Positions 24,176 to 26,930 of a DNA stretch of 26,930 bases are shown here, one piece after another. The DNA is taken from contig DASXPW010000259.1 in the NCBI GenBank assembly GCA_036493385.1, positions 1-26,930 of the forward strand. Direction: 5' to 3'. Position 1 is the stretch's first letter. Each line of letters opens with the position of its first letter. Below the pieces are notes generated by a model, which was given only the letters and a program-made list of their open reading frames with translations, did not search any database and was not told the DNA's origin. This DNA comes from Pyrinomonadaceae bacterium (GTDB lineage Bacteria; Acidobacteriota; Blastocatellia; Pyrinomonadales; Pyrinomonadaceae). Made by a program: the position numbers and the translations under genes.

Positions 24176-25363
24176 ATGAGCATTAATGGTAACGCACGCG
24201 ACGTTCTCACGGAGCTGCTAAAAAAGACGATCGAGCTTGGTGGGTCTGATCTTCATCTTCGTGTTGATTCTGCTCCCCAGGTTCGTATTCATGGAAAACT
24301 GCGTCCGCTCGATGGATACTCTGCACTCACGCCGGACGATGCCAGGCAGCTCGCAATCGCGTTTTTGAGTCCCGATCAGTTACAGACATTTGATTCAAAG
24401 CGTGAGCTTGACCTCTCGATCGGCCTCGAAGGCGTTTCCCGGTTTCGAGTGAACATCTTTCAACAAAAAGAGACCGTCGGCGGTGTTTTCCGTTCGATCC
24501 CGTATCTGATCAAAAGCTTCGAGGACCTCGGCCTGCCGCCTGTCGTTGCAGATCTTTGCCGGCGGCCGCGCGGATTGATCCTTGTGACCGGACCTACCGG
24601 TTCCGGTAAATCTACGACCCTCGCGACGATGGTCGACCGCATCAACCTCCAGCGTCATGAGCATATCCTGACAATCGAAGATCCGATCGAGTTTCTGCAC
24701 ACGCACAAGAACTGCGTCGTCAGCCAGCGCGAGCTTGGTACCGACACAAATTCGTTTGCTGAGGCGCTCCGGTCCGGCCTGCGTCAGGACCCCGATATCG
24801 TACTTGTGGGTGAAATGCGTGACCTCGAGACGATCGAGATGGCGCTTCGGGTTGCCGAGACGGGACATTTGACGCTGGCGACACTGCACACCAACACGGC
24901 AGCATCGACAATAACGCGTGTCATCGATGTATTTCCCGCCACTCAGCAGCCCGAGATAAGGACACAGCTCTCGAACGTGCTCGAAGGCATCATGTGCCAG
25001 GCGCTGCTGCCAAATAGTACCGGCGACGGCCGGGTGATGGCGATGGAGATCCTGATCCCGAATTCGGCCGTGCGAAACCTGATCCGCGAAGACAAGATCC
25101 ACCAGATCTATTCGATGATGCAGACCGGTGGTGAAAAGTTTGGGATGCAGACCCTCAACCAGTCGCTGGCCGCTCTTTATCGGTCGCGCAAGATCACTTT
25201 GGAGACCGCTGTCGGCATTACATCCAATCCCGACGAACTGCTCGAGCTGGTTGGGCGAGGCAAGAGCCCCGTTTCAGCCGCGGGTGGCTCACCTCTCAAG
25301 GGCCAGGCCGTCGGCTCAAAGCCGTTGCTGAACGTGCAGGGAAGGAGCATGACCCAGGAGTAA
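24176..25363 (+). CDS. pilT: Type IV pilus retraction ATPase
   Basis: GSDLHL, Walker A GPTGSGKST, Asp box TIEDPIE, Walker B DPDIVLVGEMRD, His box GHL..TLHTN and the PilT signature AVRNLIRE. Confidence 0.95.
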   Translation: MSINGNARDVLTELLKKTIELGGSDLHLRVDSAPQVRIHGKLRPLDGYSALTPDDARQLAIAFLSPDQLQTFDSKRELDLSIGLEGVSRFRVNIFQQKETVGGVFRSIPYLIKSFEDLGLPPVVADLCRRPRGLILVTGPTGSGKSTTLATMVDRINLQRHEHILTIEDPIEFLHTHKNCVVSQRELGTDTNSFAEALRSGLRQDPDIVLVGEMRDLETIEMALRVAETGHLTLATLHTNTAASTITRVIDVFPATQQPEIRTQLSNVLEGIMCQALLPNSTGDGRVMAMEILIPNSAVRNLIREDKIHQIYSMMQTGGEKFGMQTLNQSLAALYRSRKITLETAVGITSNPDELLELVGRGKSPVSAAGGSPLKGQAVGSKPLLNVQGRSMTQE

Positions 25364-25375
25364 TCAGGACGATCT

Positions 25376-26930
25376 ATGAGAAATATGTTCGGCGCAAGCC
25401 CACGATATATTGGAGCCGAAAATGAATCCACAGCCGGTGTGCGCGATCAGATCGCCGTCGCCTGGAACCTCGCCGGCGATGTTGCCGCCGGTTGGCCGAC
25501 TACGTCCGATGGCGGGGCCAATTGGGAGATCGATGTCGAACGGTTTCAAACCGATTTTAACCTCGGACAGGCCATAAATATGCGGCGCGGCGGCCCTGGC
25601 GGCCTGCCTGTTTCGCACGATACTCTGTTTCTCACGACGGTTCAGGAATTTTCAGAAAGGACCCGCATTTTGGCGCTTGACGGCGAAAGGCTTGCGCTCG
25701 ATGATCGTGCGCTTGTTGAGTGGCTCGTCAATGCCGAACAGAGCGTTGCCCTCGGCACCGACAACCATCCGTTGTTTGAAACATCGCTCGACGACACGGC
25801 CTGCGCCATTCGCCGGCTGCCTAACGGCCTTGTTTCGATCACCGAGGTTCCGCGCGCTCACCTCCAGTCCGCTCGCGAACGTGTCAGAACGCTCCTCGGC
25901 GATCGCGTTACGTCATTTGTAAAACTCAGTGTCGAGACACCGATCCGCGCCGCAACTCGATATTTTCTGACTGCCGTTAAACAGGGTGAGCTTGTGCAAC
26001 GCGCCGGTAAGGAATCTGAGGTAACGGCGTTCATTCTGATCGGAAGTGCAGGTTTTCGTTTCGGTTTATGGAGCCCGAAGGCGGGGCTTTTCAGCGAATA
26101 CGGATTCCTCGCACCGAAAGAGGTAGCGCACCAAACGCAGACGCGGGCTGTTCCCGGTTTTCAAACTGTGCCCACCGTTGCGGAACCGGCTAAGGTCGAA
26201 GCATATATTCGACAGGCTTTTGACCAGCTCGTGCTGCAACTTTCAAAGGAAAAGCTCGAGCAGCTTCAGCTTGCCGGTTACGCTCACATGGTCTGGGGCT
26301 CGGAGCCCGGGCTTGCCGACACGATCGCCCCGATCGCGGCCGAACACGCCGCTCAGGCCGGGATCGAATGCTTTCATATCGAAGCACCGGTTGACGAGTC
26401 GATCGTCGGCGGACTGCTTCTTGGCTCTTTCGGCTTTGGTGAGGCGCGTGCGCACGCCGCAGGCATACTTCCGACGGTTGACCTCGCCCGCGACCTACTT
26501 GTCCTCGCCGATACCGAAGAGGACCAGAGGCGCTTTAACGAGCAAAAATACGCCCAGCAGCGACGTACTCGCGCCATTTTCACGCTGCTCGCGCCGCCGG
26601 TTGCCGTTTTCGCGGCGCTGCTGGCGATCGTTGCCGGGTTGATCGTTTCCGAAGGGCTGACCGCGGTCCGTGATTCCCGGGCAGATGCCGAAACCCAGAG
26701 ATTGAAACCGGCGCTCGATCGACGAAAGTCGTACGAAGCGAACCTTAAGTGGTATCAGGCGTTCATCAAGCAGGTAAGCCAGTTGCGTCGTCGGCAGCCT
26801 GTAGGGATGGGTTTGCTCTATCAACTAAATTCGAATTACCCATTCAATATCGACCCGGCGTTTTACGTCTCTGACTTAAAACTGCAGCCGACAGGCGATG
26901 TGCAGATGAAAGGCTATGCCCACAACAAAG
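25376..26930 (+). CDS. Probable PilM-PilN fusion (GspL-like architecture), 3'-truncated; missing from the supplied ORF track
   Basis: Translated by hand: ATG at 25376 (SD CAGGAC), no stop in 518 codons to the window end. About 360 aa of soluble domain with PilM-like segments, then LPTVDL, a TM helix (residues about 400-424), a coiled coil and a PilN-like strand pattern (FYVSDLKLQPTGDVQMKGYA). Confidence 0.75.
   Translation, partial: MRNMFGASPRYIGAENESTAGVRDQIAVAWNLAGDVAAGWPTTSDGGANWEIDVERFQTDFNLGQAINMRRGGPGGLPVSHDTLFLTTVQEFSERTRILALDGERLALDDRALVEWLVNAEQSVALGTDNHPLFETSLDDTACAIRRLPNGLVSITEVPRAHLQSARERVRTLLGDRVTSFVKLSVETPIRAATRYFLTAVKQGELVQRAGKESEVTAFILIGSAGFRFGLWSPKAGLFSEYGFLAPKEVAHQTQTRAVPGFQTVPTVAEPAKVEAYIRQAFDQLVLQLSKEKLEQLQLAGYAHMVWGSEPGLADTIAPIAAEHAAQAGIECFHIEAPVDESIVGGLLLGSFGFGEARAHAAGILPTVDLARDLLVLADTEEDQRRFNEQKYAQQRRTRAIFTLLAPPVAVFAALLAIVAGLIVSEGLTAVRDSRADAETQRLKPALDRRKSYEANLKWYQAFIKQVSQLRRRQPVGMGLLYQLNSNYPFNIDPAFYVSDLKLQPTGDVQMKGYAHNK

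Noticed and set aside
25364-26824. Short track ORFs in the last 1.5 kb (e.g. 25677-25922, 26178-26642, 26495-26824)
   Set aside because: They are shadow frames of the uninterrupted ORF 25376 to window end.
1-26930. CRISPR array, tRNA/rRNA, IS transposase or integrase
   Set aside because: No regularly spaced repeats with unique spacers, no cloverleaf or rRNA signatures, and no DDE, HUH or tyrosine-recombinase ORFs were seen.

Overview
A chromosomal window of about 55% GC that looks acidobacterial, probably Blastocatellia/Pyrinomonadaceae-like. This is inferred from the Acidobacteria-type VWA protein and gene content, not from a database search. In order it holds: a 5'-truncated UMF1-type MFS transporter, a LOG-family protein, PTS Enzyme I, the RNase P RNA gene (rnpB), a small ribbon-helix-helix regulator, a TPR protein and a PP0621-like Zn-ribbon protein. 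Next come prepilin peptidase PilD, a small membrane protein with a sigma54-type promoter and a single-domain response regulator. A GltD-like NAD(P)H:ferredoxin oxidoreductase plus 2-oxoacid oxidoreductase alpha/beta operon follows, with a toxin-antitoxin pair wedged between alpha and beta. After a VWA protein is a membrane-bound molybdopterin oxidoreductase operon (4Fe-4S/NrfD fusion plus a catalytic subunit interrupted by one in-frame TAG), then PAP2, two hypothetical genes, pilR-pilS and a divergent pilT. The last ORF is 3'-truncated, at least 518 codons, absent from the supplied ORF track, and looks like a natural PilM-PilN fusion. The most unusual signals are REP-like palindromic DNA elements sitting in frame inside protein-coding genes, the PilMN fusion, the amber codon in the Mo enzyme and the TA module inside a central-metabolism operon.
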